Assembly: GCA_965202585.1 (NCBI GenBank)
Contig: OZ241834.1
Location: 12,462,001 to 12,526,000, forward strand
Source: Thalia democratica
Taxonomy: Eukaryota
DNA length: 64,000 nt
Direction: 5' to 3'
Shown here piece after piece: positions 14,001 to 28,000 of this stretch. The position numbers were made by a program, and so were the translations under genes. The notes under the pieces are model-generated. The model ran no database searches. It was not told the origin of the DNA and worked only from the letters and a program-made list of their open reading frames with translations. The first letter of the stretch is position 1. Each line of letters starts with the position of its first letter.

Positions 14001-14295
14001 TAGAGGTGGGCTGGGCGACGCAAAGCCCGCGGGACGTTTTTTCAGCTTGAAAACATCTTGTGCAAAATAAGAAAATTGAAATTGTTAACCAAAAAATCTT
14101 TTAAATTTTGCTTATTTTTGTCTTTAAATTTTACAGAACTCATAAGTGCTTATTAAAAAATTACTTAAATTTAGTTTAAACTTCTAACAGTTTAAATAAA
14201 TTTAAAGTTCTTTTTTTTTTAATTACGCAGCCCGCTAACAATTTTTTTAACAAATTCGGCCAGCAAAAAAATTTTTTGCTAGATTTGGCCAGCCA
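14001..14295. mobile_element. Degenerate hAT-like MITE
   Basis: Starts tagaggtgggc with gcccgcggg motif; ggccagc motifs near 14260-14295; right TIR eroded. Confidence 0.4.
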
Positions 14296-14337
14296 ACTAT
14301 AAAGTTTTTGATACTAAACATATTCATAGGGATACAA

Positions 14338-14453
14338 GTCCTGGACAAGACGTTAAAAGGTATCCGTGGTGTGCAACTCGATAAACAAAAGGTTTTTTCG
14401 TACACCAGGTCATAGGAAAAAATATTTTAGTGCTTTTTGGTCGTTCAATAAAC
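14338..14453 (+). repeat. Dispersed SINE-like core, copy 2
   Basis: gtcctggacaagacgttaaa...ggttttttcgtacaccaggtcatagg...tcgttcaataaac. Confidence 0.75.
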
Positions 14454-16149
14454 TATAATACAATAATTTATCATCTGAATAAGATACCTACAAAATTGTT
14501 TTCTGCACGAACAGCACACGTCTGAAACATTTTCTGCCCAACCAGTTTACTCCAAATCGATTACATCTTGTTATCACACTCCACAAGTCTGCTACAGAAA
14601 GTTTCCCATTTTACTTTTTACCTAATTAATGATCCGATAAATTTTGAATTTTTTTTTTTATAACAATTCTCAGTTTATCCGACTAGCCTCCACGTTATTT
14701 TTTTTTAATCTAATTTTTTTTAATATATATTTTAACTTCTTTATTTTTTCTAAAATTTAAAATAGTATAACTTTTAAATTATTTGTAATACTTTTAGATT
14801 AAATTTATACTAGCTTAAATGCATAAATTGACTATACATCCTTTATTTAACTGAACTTAGATTTTTAAAGAGTTTTAGTTCTCTAGAAAGTACAATCAGA
14901 AAATAAGTTTGCATTTAAAATATTTAAACTGTGTCTAGCATTTATTAATAAGCTTTTTAAACAAAGTAAATAAATATGGTTTGACCATAGAAGTTTAATA
15001 AATAAGTACAAATATTTAATTATTTATATTCTTTGTACATATAGACTAAAACAAGTCCCTAAAAATAAAAAAAAAGTTCTCACTTTTGACTTGAGGGATA
15101 TTTAGTTTTTCTTTTAAACTAAATTACTTTTTTTTGGATATGAACTACTTTCAGTTGAATTATCAAACATTTTTATTAAAATAAGTCGGGTGTAGGTCAA
15201 AGCGCTGTGAGTTAACTTTAGTTATGAATTGATTAGATATAATTTTAGTGGAAAAAGAACTGACTATAAAAGAATTGATTTAGAATAAAATACTTGTATA
15301 GAAAAAACAGATGAAAACTAGTTCAATTTGGAATGATCAGATTAAATAAATGTATAATAAAAGTTAATCACAGGTTGCAAATTAACAGTTTAAAATTAAA
15401 TATCTAAATTAGAAAAACTATTTAGCAAATGTTTATTTGAGTTAAAAGCTCATTAAGATTATTTTTAAAATATATATTCTTTATTAGATTCATATTAATA
15501 GTTTGTTAAAGGTTTTAATTTCTTATTTATTACCAGTTCATGTTTCGTAGTTATTACTTTTAAATTTTATTCTAGCAATTATGACCACGAGTAAAACACT
15601 GATGAGTTTGGACAGAAAGTACTTCTGTTTATTTTTTTATGTTAACAAAATATTATGGATATCTAGCTGTCTACTTTTATAATGGAAAAACCATTGTTTC
15701 ATGTTTGCAAAAACTCATACAAAGACATTAAATAAGCCAAATAATAATAAAAAAACTCATAAAAAATGCATAAATTTTATTTTTTTATTAGAGAATATAA
15801 TCGAAAACGATAAAACAAAAAGCACTTGATACATAAGTGCTAAAAATAATGAATCTTCATGATACCTATTTTAATAAAAAATCGTTTTGCAAATTTTTTT
15901 TTTTCAATTTCGTTGTACTATATTTACTTTAATGATAAGTAATCTTTTAACGAAATTTATAGCATTAATTAAAACTGTTTATCTTAGTTCTTACATAATT
16001 TTTCATTAAGCTTTGCACTTTATAGTATAATTTTGTTACGTTAGTTTTATAGGGTTTTTCTAACTTACTGTTTTTACTTTGTGAAATTATAAAACGATTT
16101 TTGCAGTGTTCTCCTTATGAAAACTGATCGAACTATTGATCTGTAATTT

Positions 16150-19100
16150 TAACTAACTAATTAAATTTACAACTTAAATAGTATTAAAGTTCATTAAACC
16201 CCAAGACTAAGCACACTACTTGTCTACAAAATTTAAACTAGTTTATTTCTAAAGATTTCTGAATAGGATTTGAACAAAAATATTAGTGAACATTGTCAAA
16301 GAATTAACAAATATGAATTAGTAATAAAAAATGCATGTTAGTAAAAACATATTTAATAAATCAATACTGAAAAACATTAAAGTTTATATAAATGAGAACT
16401 TTTTATACTTGTTTTTGTATTCTTACTTAAAAAAAAATTTAGTTATCATAATGTTGCAAAAATGATCTAAAAATTATTCAACAAGTATTAGGAGAAAATA
16501 AAATGAAAAAAGAAGAGTTTAAGTCACTTTATCGAGTTGGTAAAATTGCAGCTAACAAAATCAGACCAATTATAGTCAAATTAAATAATTTAGCATCCAA
16601 ACACAGACTGTTAAGACTGAGAGATTTGAAAATGTTTAATGGTGAAATTGAATCAAAAATCTACATCAACCCTGACAGAACTCTCTTGGAAATTGAAGCT
16701 TTCAGAACATTGAGAAAAGAAGTTAAAATAAAGCAAGCCATCGCTGATGAGAATAAATTGGACATAAAATATGTTATAAGGAACAACAAGATAGTTGAAC
16801 TGACAAAACAGCCCTTTCGTTACCGCTCCCAGAACATCTTTTGGATTAGTGGAGGAAATCGTGAGTCAACGGGTATAAACTTATTAAGTGATAGGATTAA
16901 TTTTAACACTAACAAGTTTTCCTATATAAATTGTAATAACAACTATTTAAAAGTTTGTTACACTAATATAAGATCTGTTTTAAATAAATTTTATATTTTA
17001 GAGAACTATATAAATTTAAATAACATTGATTTATTTTTTTTGACTGAAACATGGTTGACTAATAAGGTCAACGATGCCACAGTGTGTACTTTTAACTATA
17101 ACATTTACCGAAGTGATAGGTCTAGTAGGGGTGGAGGTGTTGCTATCCTTTTCAAAAATTCGCTTAAAGTTATTAAAGTTAAAAACGATTCTATCTCTAC
17201 TAGCAACATCAATTTTGAATACCTATGTGTAGATGTAATTTTTAAAAAGATGAAATTAAGATTTTGTTGTGTCTACCTTCCTCCACTGTCTGCTAGATGC
17301 GCACTGACTGTTCAAAATGTAATCAAAATGATTAAAATGGTTTCTCCAAAAGAGTGTTCTTTTTATGTTCTTGGTGATTTTAATATGCCAAATATAGATT
17401 GGAGGATTCCTAGCACAGATTTCAATAAACCCCATGAGCGTTTTCTTAATTTTTGTACAGACAATTTTTTAACCCAAGTAATTGAAAATCCAACCCATAA
17501 GAATGGTAACATTCTCGATCTCATAATTTGCAATCATTTTGGTCTAGATAGAATCATATCACACTCAACTAATTTTCCATTAACAAACACTTGTGATCAT
17601 AACTTGCTTTCACTAACAATTAAAATTGAAAACAAAATAATACCTATTGCTAAAGAAGTCTCATATGACTATAAAAAAGCAAATTTTGAAAGCATCAATG
17701 ATTTCCTGTCAAAAATTAATTGGACCTCTTTATTTAAAAATTCAGAAAATCTCCAGCATTTCTACGATCAATTCATTAGCTCAATCCAAATCTCAATCAA
17801 ACGTTTTGTTCCAATTTTTTCTAAAAATAACAAAAGTAAAAAATATCCATCTCATATTAAAAAGTTATTAAAAGAAAAAGCGAATCTATACAAAAAAAGT
17901 AAGACAAATAAATCACTTTTGATAAAATAAAAAAACAAGTCTAAAGAATATCAATTAGCTGTTAAAAAATACAACTTTGAATATGAAAACAAATTCTGCA
18001 AAAACCCAAATTTAAAAAAGTTTTATAGCTACGTGAAATCTAAACTTAAGTTAAATAATTCCATACATCTCTTATATGATAATGATAAAAACAAAACAGT
18101 AACCTCAGATTTTGAAATAGCAACACTTTTTAACATAAATTTTCAAAAAGTTTTTAAAAAAGACGAGAGTTACCAGTCTTTTAAGCTACCCCAAAAGAAT
18201 TGTAGTAAGATGCAAAAATTTTCATAACCTATGAAGACATTATAAGTTCAATTAACCACTTAAAAGATAAAATCATAAGAACGCCAGAAAAAATTCCACC
18301 CTATTATATCAAGCATGTTATCCAATCAATAATTTTTCCACTTTCATTAATATTTAATTGCTCTCTAGAACTATCTGATGTTCCTAAACAATGGAAAACA
18401 TCTTTTATTATTCCTGTGCACAAGAAAGGTAATATACACGATGCATTAAATTACAGACCAATATCTCTAACAAGTGGCTTTTCAAGAATTTATGAACATA
18501 TTGTATCTGTAAAAATTCTCAATCACCTCTTTGATAACAAATTATTAACTAACAAACAGTTTGGTTTTGTTCCAAACCGCTCATCAACCATTCAACTGTT
18601 AACATGCTTACATTCTTGGTTAGTTCCTTATCTCAAAAATGAATTTACTAAAGTAGTTTATACGGATATTCAAAAAGCCTTTGATTCAGTATCACACAAA
18701 AGATTATTAAAAATTTTAAATCAGTATGGGCTACATGAAAGCTTAATTGATTGGTTTGATAACTTTTTAAATAATAGATCACAAAGAGTACTCATCAATA
18801 ATACGCTTTCTGACTCTTTAACAATCTACAGTGGAGTACCACAAGGTGGTGTAGTTGGTCCCCTTCTCTTTTTAATTTATATTAATGATATTTGTTCAAA
18901 CATTGATATTAAAAGTGAGTTAAGCTTATTTGCAGATGATGCCAAAATCTTTAGTCAGTCAAATACTTCATTACAACTATCTTTAGATAATATTTACATA
19001 TGGTTAAAAACAAGAAAACTAAACTTAAATCCTAGCAAATGTAAAATTCTAACCATTAACAAAAAAGAATCTTCTCCAACTGACCTCTTAATCAATAACA

Positions 19101-20135
19101 TCAAGTTACCAGAAATTAAAGTTTTTAAAGATTTAGGAATTTATATTTCCAAAGATTTGAAATGGAATGAACATATCAACTATTTATATAAGATTGCAAA
19201 AACTACATGTTATCAAATATTGAAAAGTTTTAAAACTAATTCTGCTTCAATTCTGATAAAACTATTTAAAACATACGTTCGCCCTAAACTTGAGTTTAGT
19301 ACCCAAATTTGGTCACCCCATTTAAAAAAGGATATTAACAAAATTGAATCTGTGCAAGGGAGTTTTACCCGTCATATTTGTAGTCGTTGCAACATATCTT
19401 AGACGTCATATAATGATAGAATGATTAAATTTGGCTTGAAATCTTTGGAATATAGAAGATGTGAATTTGATTTATTAATTCTTTACAAAATTATCAATGG
19501 CAAATATAAAAGTTTTTTTAACCAGTTTTTTAATTTTTCTTAAAATAAATATCAACTAAGAGGAAATAATTTGAAAATAAAATGTAAACATGATTTTCAA
19601 AACAGTCAGTGGCAAGGCGCATTTTTTCACAGAGCAAAAGCTATGTGGAACAGACTACCTCAGGATATAGTATCTTGTGAGAGGGTAGAACAATTTCGTT
19701 TAAAGCTAAAAAGATTTGATTTAAATACGATAAATACCAGTAAAATTAACTAATTTTCCACTATAACAAAAGGAAAAATATTCGTTTCCCTACGCCTCCC
19801 CCCTACAAACTATTAGTTTACTTATATATTTTGTAGTTATGAATTTTGTTTTATAAGCCATGATTTTAGATAAACTTCTTTACTGTGTGTACTAAGTAAT
19901 ATATAAATTTGAATTTTTTGAACTGAATTTTCAATTTAGTTCATTTGTTTATCATATTGTGTTTAACTTTGTGTTTCTATTTAAATTATGTTTGTATATA
20001 TATATATAATTTATCTTAAAGTTTTGAATATAAGTTTATTTTCTTTTTCTCTTTTTGTGTGTCCTGTTTAAGTGGCTCAGGTTTTGATGCCTGAGTCCAA
20101 CATTGCACAATAAACAATGTAATAATAATAATAAT
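16150..20135 (+). mobile_element. CR1/L2-group non-LTR retrotransposon, near full length, inactivated
   Basis: ORF1 C-terminus (RPIIVKL...IYINPDRT), APE endonuclease (YTNIRS, LTETWL, RGGGV, GDFN, NILDL), RT (YRPISLT, YTDIQKAFDSV, GVPQG, LFADD) and CR1-type tail (SLEYRRCEFDL..YKIING). Premature stops at 17928, 19400 and about 19540; frameshift near 18225; ORF2 ends 19753. 3' stem-loop ctcagg..cctgag 20076-20095, AATAAA 20109 and (TAA)n 20120-20135. 5' end approximate. Confidence 0.95.
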
Positions 20136-23100
20136 TATCATTGAAATTTTAAAAATATAGAATAAATAAAAAACAAAATTAACCATCAATGGAAGTAAAT
20201 ATTAGATATCAAAATAAAATATTTTCCTTGTAAACTTCATTAAATGCTACATTAATCAAAAGTTTTCACTAATTACTTTTTAACTCAAGTATATTTACGT
20301 TCAAAATGAGAGCATACATGGACTATAAAAGCTGCAAACTGATTAATAACTTCTTTAACCTTTTTATAAGTCACTAAGTTTTTACAAGTTGGTAATAATT
20401 GAACAAAGTGTTCTAAAAATCTAAAATTTTACAAATAGCAAGGTTTAAATTAGATATATATTTATAACTAGCAAAGTCATTTTTGTTATTGGTCAGTTTT
20501 TGTTTTTGTATTTAGTTGTTAATTACCAAAAAAATATAATTTATTATAAAGAAAAAATACTTAACAAAACATAATAAGAAATAAAAAAGCTTTTACTCAA
20601 ATCAGTAGTCTTTAACCTTTTTAAAAGCCGTGCACAGTAATTTAGTGGAAATTTGTAAGCACACTAAACTATAAAAAGTAAGAATTATTACTAAAGAACA
20701 CTACTTATTTTTAAACTTTTAGAATAATAATGTATAAATTACGTCTAAAAACTTGTTAGTTTGTGTTGTAATTAGCTATACAAAACAGACGTTATTTAAA
20801 AACATCTTTTTGCCTTACTGAATTTGCATTGCACGTTAAACATTTTCTAATCACTGCACATCGTAAAGACTACTGATTTAGAGAATAAAATACTGCTAAC
20901 TTTGATAATAAAATTAATAAGACTAAATTCTACTTGTAGCATAATAAAAACAAATAAATCGTTGTTAAAACTAACTTTTTGAAAAAAAAAAATTAAGTTC
21001 CTAGGTCGTTTTTTTTATTTGGGAGTAATAATATAAGTAGTTTAATAATAAAACATAACTACATTGAATTAAAATGTAAAAAATTATTTTCGATAGGAAT
21101 TTAAATTTAATAAAGTTTTGAAATCAACTAGTGCAATAGTATTAAGATACATTCCAGTGATAAAAACATGGGCTAATATCAAAATATTTTTTACCTGATA
21201 TCTTTAAAGTTTTAAACTTGTATTCCGATAACTGATAATACAAAAAGAAAAATACAGTTTTATTACTGTTGCAGACAATTACATAAAACAAATTTGTACT
21301 TAGTACTAACCTGTAGCCTATGAAAGTCTGATTTAGGTTTAGTTAAGAAAGATAAAAATACACGTCAATTTGAAAAATTTTGTGACCTAAATCCATAGAC
21401 TTTCAAAAAAAAGATTTTTTCAATTTTGCTAACCATGTTTACTTTATTAAAAGTTGCTAGTTACCAAATTGTAGTTAATTTATTACATAAGTGTGTTATT
21501 TTAATCTACATATATTTATTTTTTAAACAGTTTTTGTATGTGTAATTTTATTAAAACTCAGAAATTAAAGCAAAATCAAAATGATTCGAAGACAAATTAT
21601 TGAAAATATTTTGTATGTATATGTAGTTTGAATTAAAAAACACGTAATATTTGAAAAATTATGGAGTTTTAGAAATATTTTAACGATTATGTAAGGACAG
21701 CTTTGGTTATTACTTATCATAAAAACTTGTTACTAAATATTCTACGAGTCTTTATAAATTTAAAAATAAAAACTTCTCTTGTTCTTAACAAACTCAAAAC
21801 AAATAATTATTTTTGACTTAGTTTTTTTCATACCTAGTTAAGCTAATCGATAGACCTAGTTTTTAATATAATGTGCTTTACACTTAGTATTTATAAAACT
21901 TTAAGTAAATTAAACAAGTTTTTCCTAGAAAGAGAACTAGTAGACTTTATGTTTGTTTTTTAATAGACTAAGATAGCTTAAGTTTTCAACTTAGCTGAAG
22001 TTAGTGGTGACTAAACATACATTAAATTTATTCGGTAATAACACTTTTCTTAATTGATTTCCGTACAAATAATCCATTTATACGAACAATTAAAAAAAAA
22101 ACAATTTTACTAAAATATCCATAGTGCTAATAAACTAACGTATGTAAAAACTATGATTCAACTTTTAGTACTATATTTGTAGATTTATGTTTAGCCTTAA
22201 AGCTTATATTTCCCCGATAAAATTGCAACAAACGTAACAAATATTTTTTAAAACAACAGTATATGAAAGTTTTCTACACTTCGTTTTAATGAAAAAACGA
22301 TTTATTTATTGTCAAAGTTTCGTCAGCAACAATAAAATTAGACTAAAAATATTAACTGGTCACATTATACAGAATATACCCAAAAAAATGACATATGCTG
22401 TTTGTAACATGAAAAGAATTGCAATAGCCGAAGGTAATAAGGACAGAACTCTAAATATTAAAAATGAACTTGGTACTATTTGCCCCCATAACAAATCTCA
22501 TCTCTTTTTAGTTTATTTAAAGTATATACTTTTTATTTGTTAACTTCGACAGTTTTTCTATTAAATAGTTTCTCTCAAGTTAAAACAATTTATTTAATTT
22601 ATACGTTTATTATCTATCTTTGATTTTCTTACAATATTTAGTTAGTTATGACTTGTTTATGATAACTTTGTTTTTTCTTTTCATTTACTAAGAACTAAAA
22701 CTTTTCGAAATTGTTATTCATTTACTAGTTCAATACTTGTCTACTAACTATTCCCCATTTAAGAAGTTTAATCATAAACATTTAAGAAAGTTTTTGAGAC
22801 TATGAAGAACTAAAAATCAGGCAAAACTCAATAATTTTATGTAAAGCTGTTTTATTTTCAATGATTTATAGGTATACAATGTTTAAACTTTTAATCACCG
22901 CTATATAATTGTCGAAAATTAAAAGCTTGTGATTATTAAACATAACTAGTCTAGAGGTTTTCGTGGATAAGTTATTGCAAACCTTTTAAGTATGTAAAAA
23001 GGTGCATTTTAGCATCTTTTATAGCAGGCCCGGTTTGTAGGCACTTTATATCAACTTTCAGTTGTATTCGGCAGGGCTATAAAAACGCTCATTTTTTCAA

Positions 23101-25028
23101 GTTAGATTGCTGTTTGTACTATTAATATTTAAGTAATTTTATGAACATATACTGTTAGTTATCTTGTCGTTTTTTAATATTTGTTTAATGTTTATCTGAA
23201 CTGCTAAGAGAAACTTCATTGTATTTATTAATAGTGGGTGAACGACGAATCAAATTTCAAGTTCTAATAGTTTAATTTTTTTTTCGTTATTATCTTCTAC
23301 CACTTTATATAAGTCGGCTCTTGAGTTTGTTCTCACTTTACTTAAAATTCCATGCAAATTTTAAGTGTCATACTGTTTATTTATTAGTAGATACTGTTAA
23401 ACAAGCGCGCGCATAACAGGTCGTAGTATCAATCTGTATAAACGTTAATTCATCATAGCTTATGTATAAAGTTTTACAAGCCTTGATTAGATTATAAGTA
23501 TTCGAAAAAAAATTTTTGAATAATAATGAAATCATACTAGATTTATAAAACAATTATGGTTTCGTAAGTTAGATAAATCGTTGTAGTTATCTATAACTTC
23601 AGTTGGTACCATATAACTGAAATAGTTGTATTTTAGTTGATTTATCTATCATCGTATTTTTTATTATTGAAAACGTAGTCAAATTTCAAGGCTAATATAT
23701 TTGTAACTACACACTATATGAAAGTAAAATTATAGTTTTTAAATATTTGACCACGAGACAACTCTGACTTAAGTTTATCAAACGTGTGATATTATAAAAT
23801 TCTTGTGTTAAGCGTTGTCTTCAAAACTTTTGATGATTTAACTTAGTGATTTGTTTAACAATATTCTTCAGTTCGCTTTTTAATCAGCTGCTCATTAAAA
23901 TGCATCTTTAATAACTTAGCCCATACGTCCTTATTTTTAAGCAGTTAGATTTATGCAGTAACAAAAAATTTTTTAACAGCTTTGAAAAAGAGTTTGCAAT
24001 ATTTCTTCTTTAATTTTTATTAAATCTAGTAATTTTTATTTAGAAAATAATATAGTTTATCTTTTCCAAGCATCGTTCCATAAACAAGAACTTCCCAATT
24101 AACAGCATGTTCTTTTTTTATTGTTAACTAAAAAAATAGGTTAAAAAGTTTACTTACAGCGTTAATTTTATTTTAATTTAATGCTAATTTTTATTTTACT
24201 TATCTTTAATAACTTCCCATAACTACTTTAATAAAAACACATTTTTTGTGAAGCATGTTTATTGGTGCCTTTTAGCTTAAGCTATGTGTGGCAAACTTCG
24301 TTCTTGGTTCAACACATGCATTTTTGTTTTTAACTCAATAAATGTTAACGTATCTCTTAACTAAATCATAAAATTCTTAACTAAATAAAAGAAAACATCA
24401 TCAACAAACGTAATAACTCGTAAAACAATTTAAGCACCAACGTTTGCGGCGGTTTAAGCTAAAAAACAAACAACATGTTCGCACACATTATTAAAACACT
24501 TAAGACAGTAATAAAATTAAAGTTCAACTGATATTCTTTTACAGAAATTTTTAGTACAAACATATGAAAATAGTGTGTAATATAACTACTAAGTAAGCGT
24601 TACACTGTACCATTATACATTAAAGACAAATAAAAATTGATCACTGCACATACAGAACTTATAATTCACAACCTTACACTTGTCATACATATAAATAGTA
24701 TACGGCATATGGCGTTTAAGCTGGCAACTAAATCTATAAAAATTTAAAAGAAAAATAAAATGCAATAAAACTATTTAACTAACCAGAGAACAACAAAGGT
24801 CGGCTTAAAATTGCCAATGGGTTTTATAAAAATTTAGTAGAAAGCTTTTCAGACACAACGCGTTAAAATGTGGAACAAATGGTGTTTTAAAACTGAACAA
24901 AAAGCAGCAACGAATTACTTGAGATGCGCACTGTGAGAGGTTCTGCCTGGTGCGCAGCCACCTCGCGCGCGTGTAACTAAATGGCAGTTGGCGAGCAAAA
25001 AGCAGCCCAGCATCAATTGTGCTTAACT

Positions 25029-28000
25029 CTATTTCTTTGGTGAGTCCTTTTTGGTTGGAGTTTTCTTGGTGCGAGCGAGCGCAAAACCCTGGTTTGTTGA
25101 ACAAAGTATTAAACGAAATATGTATAAAATACAAAATACAATGGCAAGATTTTACTTATTTTAATAATTAAACAAAGGTACTTTTTTTTTTTTGAAAAAC
25201 TTAAGTATTTAAGTTTTAATATATTTTTTTTTAATATAAGTTTACTAATCTGATCAAAAACAAAGGGCACACTAATATCGATTGCAATTTCAACAAAAAA
25301 TGCATTAGTTAAAATAATATAAGACAATTAAGGAACTTACTGGATGGTCTTCAGTTGGTCCTTTTGGTTGACGAATGACGGATTGTTGGAAGGAGTCAGA
25401 CAAACTTTTGACGCGCAGTCTTTCCGGTCGCTGGTTCTGTTTGACCGAAGTAGCCGTGTACGTCCTTGTGGGGGGCGAAGACTGATTCAATTTCAAGTTG
25501 ATCAGCTTGACTTTCGAGGCGGAGTACTTTCCTGTTTGTATTTGCTTTGTTACTTTTAAGAACTTAATTAATTTTTAACTATTCACCCACCACTACGTTG
25601 GTTGTACACGACAGAAAACTCCACGGTTGAGCCGACAGAGAGGAGGGCCGGTTCGTCGCGCACTTCAGACATGTGAAAGAAAAGTTTTCCGACTCCCGAT
25701 TCATTCGAAACTTCGTAGTCGATGAACCCATACTGTTTGGTAATTATATAATAGAAACCTTACTTGTATTAGACTTAGATAAACCTCACCTCAGTATAAA
25801 CTATTTCAGGGTCTACCAAACTAGGTAATACTGTCTTTTAAAATCAATTTAGACTATTGTTAGTTAGACATTGAAAAATTAAAAAGGTAATCTAGAATCA
25901 AAAGGGCGATATCTATGAGATAAAGGCAATTATTAATTTCCGTCTAGGCGGCGTTTATGAAAATGAATCCGCTAAATTATTGATTTTTTTAATAAAATTT
26001 ACGTTTGCAACCTAGTTAATTTTTAACTGGTTTACCATGTTTAATCATGCTTTACTTGGTTATTATATACCAGTTTTTATTTTTTCAGAATTTGGTTGTT
26101 TTTAAAAAGTTTAAAATTTTACTACAAAAACTTACTTCTCCCTTAATGCTATCAATTTGCGCTGTTTGAGTTTCTCTGTTTACTTTAACGTTGACTGCAC
26201 GCTCAGTGTTGTTGCTTTGCTCTCGACAAACCTTCAAATAAAAAACACTTTATTCACCGACATTAAAAGTTTAACTAATTTTAGTATTCCAATTAAGTAA
26301 CCTGGAAAGTAACTTGATCTCCTATCTGAATGAAATCCCGACGGTCTTCCAAGCTCAACGGGCTGTACGCGATAGTCTTTGTAGTCATTTCACCTGATTC
26401 ATTTTAATAATTCGTTTAATTTGTACAACAGCCGTACACTTTTTTACTTCGATTTAACTTAACAATTACAAATGAATTAAAATTTGACTTAATTTAGGGC
26501 TACCTGAAGAAGTGCTTTCTCTGTATTCAATTAATCCTTGATAAGATGATTGAGTAGGATTCACGGATTTAAGTGGTTTCAATACTTTTCCTGTTAATAT
26601 ATTTATATTTTTCTCAGGGTGTTTAACATTTGGCTTAACCCTTAAATAGATATAACTTACCGGTCCAGGTCTTTTTGTTAATAGTAGGTGAAATTCCGAA
26701 CTTACTGACGAAACAAATTTCAACGTTTAGGGCACACTGCTTTTCATCTAAATTTAATTTTTGTTTAATTTCTCTTAATTTTTATTTATTTTTTAGAATT
26801 TCTAACCTTTAACTCCCATGTAATAGGAAACTGGCATTCCAGTGTGATAACTTTCAACCGAAGATTTTAGCTCGCTAAAATGGAAAAATATTTCGGAATT
26901 ATGATGCAAGTCTTCAATGAAACCAAAGGAGTCTTTTAAAGTTCCAATCCAACCGTACATGATTGGCTGTATTTTTTATTTGACTTGATTCAAATTACTC
27001 GTATTTATACTTTTGAATATCTAAGTTAAGTTGTCTCTAATTTAATATTTTTTTTTTTCACTTAATCTAATCGAAATTACTATTTAAGTACAAAAACCTT
27101 ATTTTCTAGCTCAGGTGAAATGGAGCTAGTTGATTCGTTCATTGAATTATTCCTTATGTAAGCAGCACTCATGCAACTTTTATTTGAAATTTCAGAATCC
27201 GTAACTGACAGCGTTCTATTGACTGGGCTAGAATATTAAAAAAAAAATTAATAATCGGTTTAATTATTTTTTTAATGAATACACGAAGAAAAAATTATTT
27301 ATCACTTAATTTAAAAGAACAACACCTAGTTGACTTAATTTATTAGTTTTCTAGTTACGGACTTAATACTTTAATCACGAAATGCTTCAATAAATATTAT
27401 AATCATCTTAATTTTTTTTTTAAACAAAGGTGTCAAAAAGCAGAATGATTAAGAAGCTATTGGTTGATAGCATTTTTACATGCTTATTTTGAGTTAGCAA
27501 ACTTTGGATTTTGTATTTACTTTACTTTTACAGAGTGATTTGCGCTCGTCACATTTATTTAGTTTTCTTTAATCGATGATTTTAGCCGGTTTTACAGTAC
27601 TATTAGCTTAACTTAGTTTTGAGTTCTACAATTTTTCAGTCTAGAGAATTTTTTAAATTTAAGATTTATCAAGTTTTTATCAATTGTTTTATTAGTAAAA
27701 TAAAAATGTTTAAGAAACATGCAGAAAGCAAGACTTTTCAAAGTTTATTTTGTATTAAAAGATTTTTTCTCCTTAACGATAAGAATGCTTTATTGTTGTC
27801 ACTGCTAAATAAAAGGTTTTAAAAAGAGTTTAACAAGTTTAAGTGAAGTTAACTTTTTATTAATTTTTGTGAAATACTTTTATTTAATGAAGTTTTTGCT
27901 CTGCCTCTTTTTAAATTATATATATTTTAGTATGAACTCCTATACTTCCAACATTTTCGTGTTAGTTTTATTTTACAACTTAAAAGTTTAAAAAAAATTT

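Noticed and set aside
15599-15625. CTGATGAG...GAAA hammerhead-like core
   Set aside because: Stem II lacks the G-C pair before GAAA, and no stems I/III can be formed.
20140-24800. A Ras gene downstream of CSDE1 (UNR-NRAS synteny)
   Set aside because: No GxxxxGKS or DTAG exons found by eye.
24805-25134. 109-aa minus-strand ORF as the CSDE1 last exon
   Set aside because: The phase-0 splice at 25088 uses a different frame (GFALAR...KK-stop at 25029), which matches the homologous GF motif; the listed ORF is off-frame.
25344-25559. 71-aa plus-strand ORF
   Set aside because: Antisense to CSDE1 exon 25.
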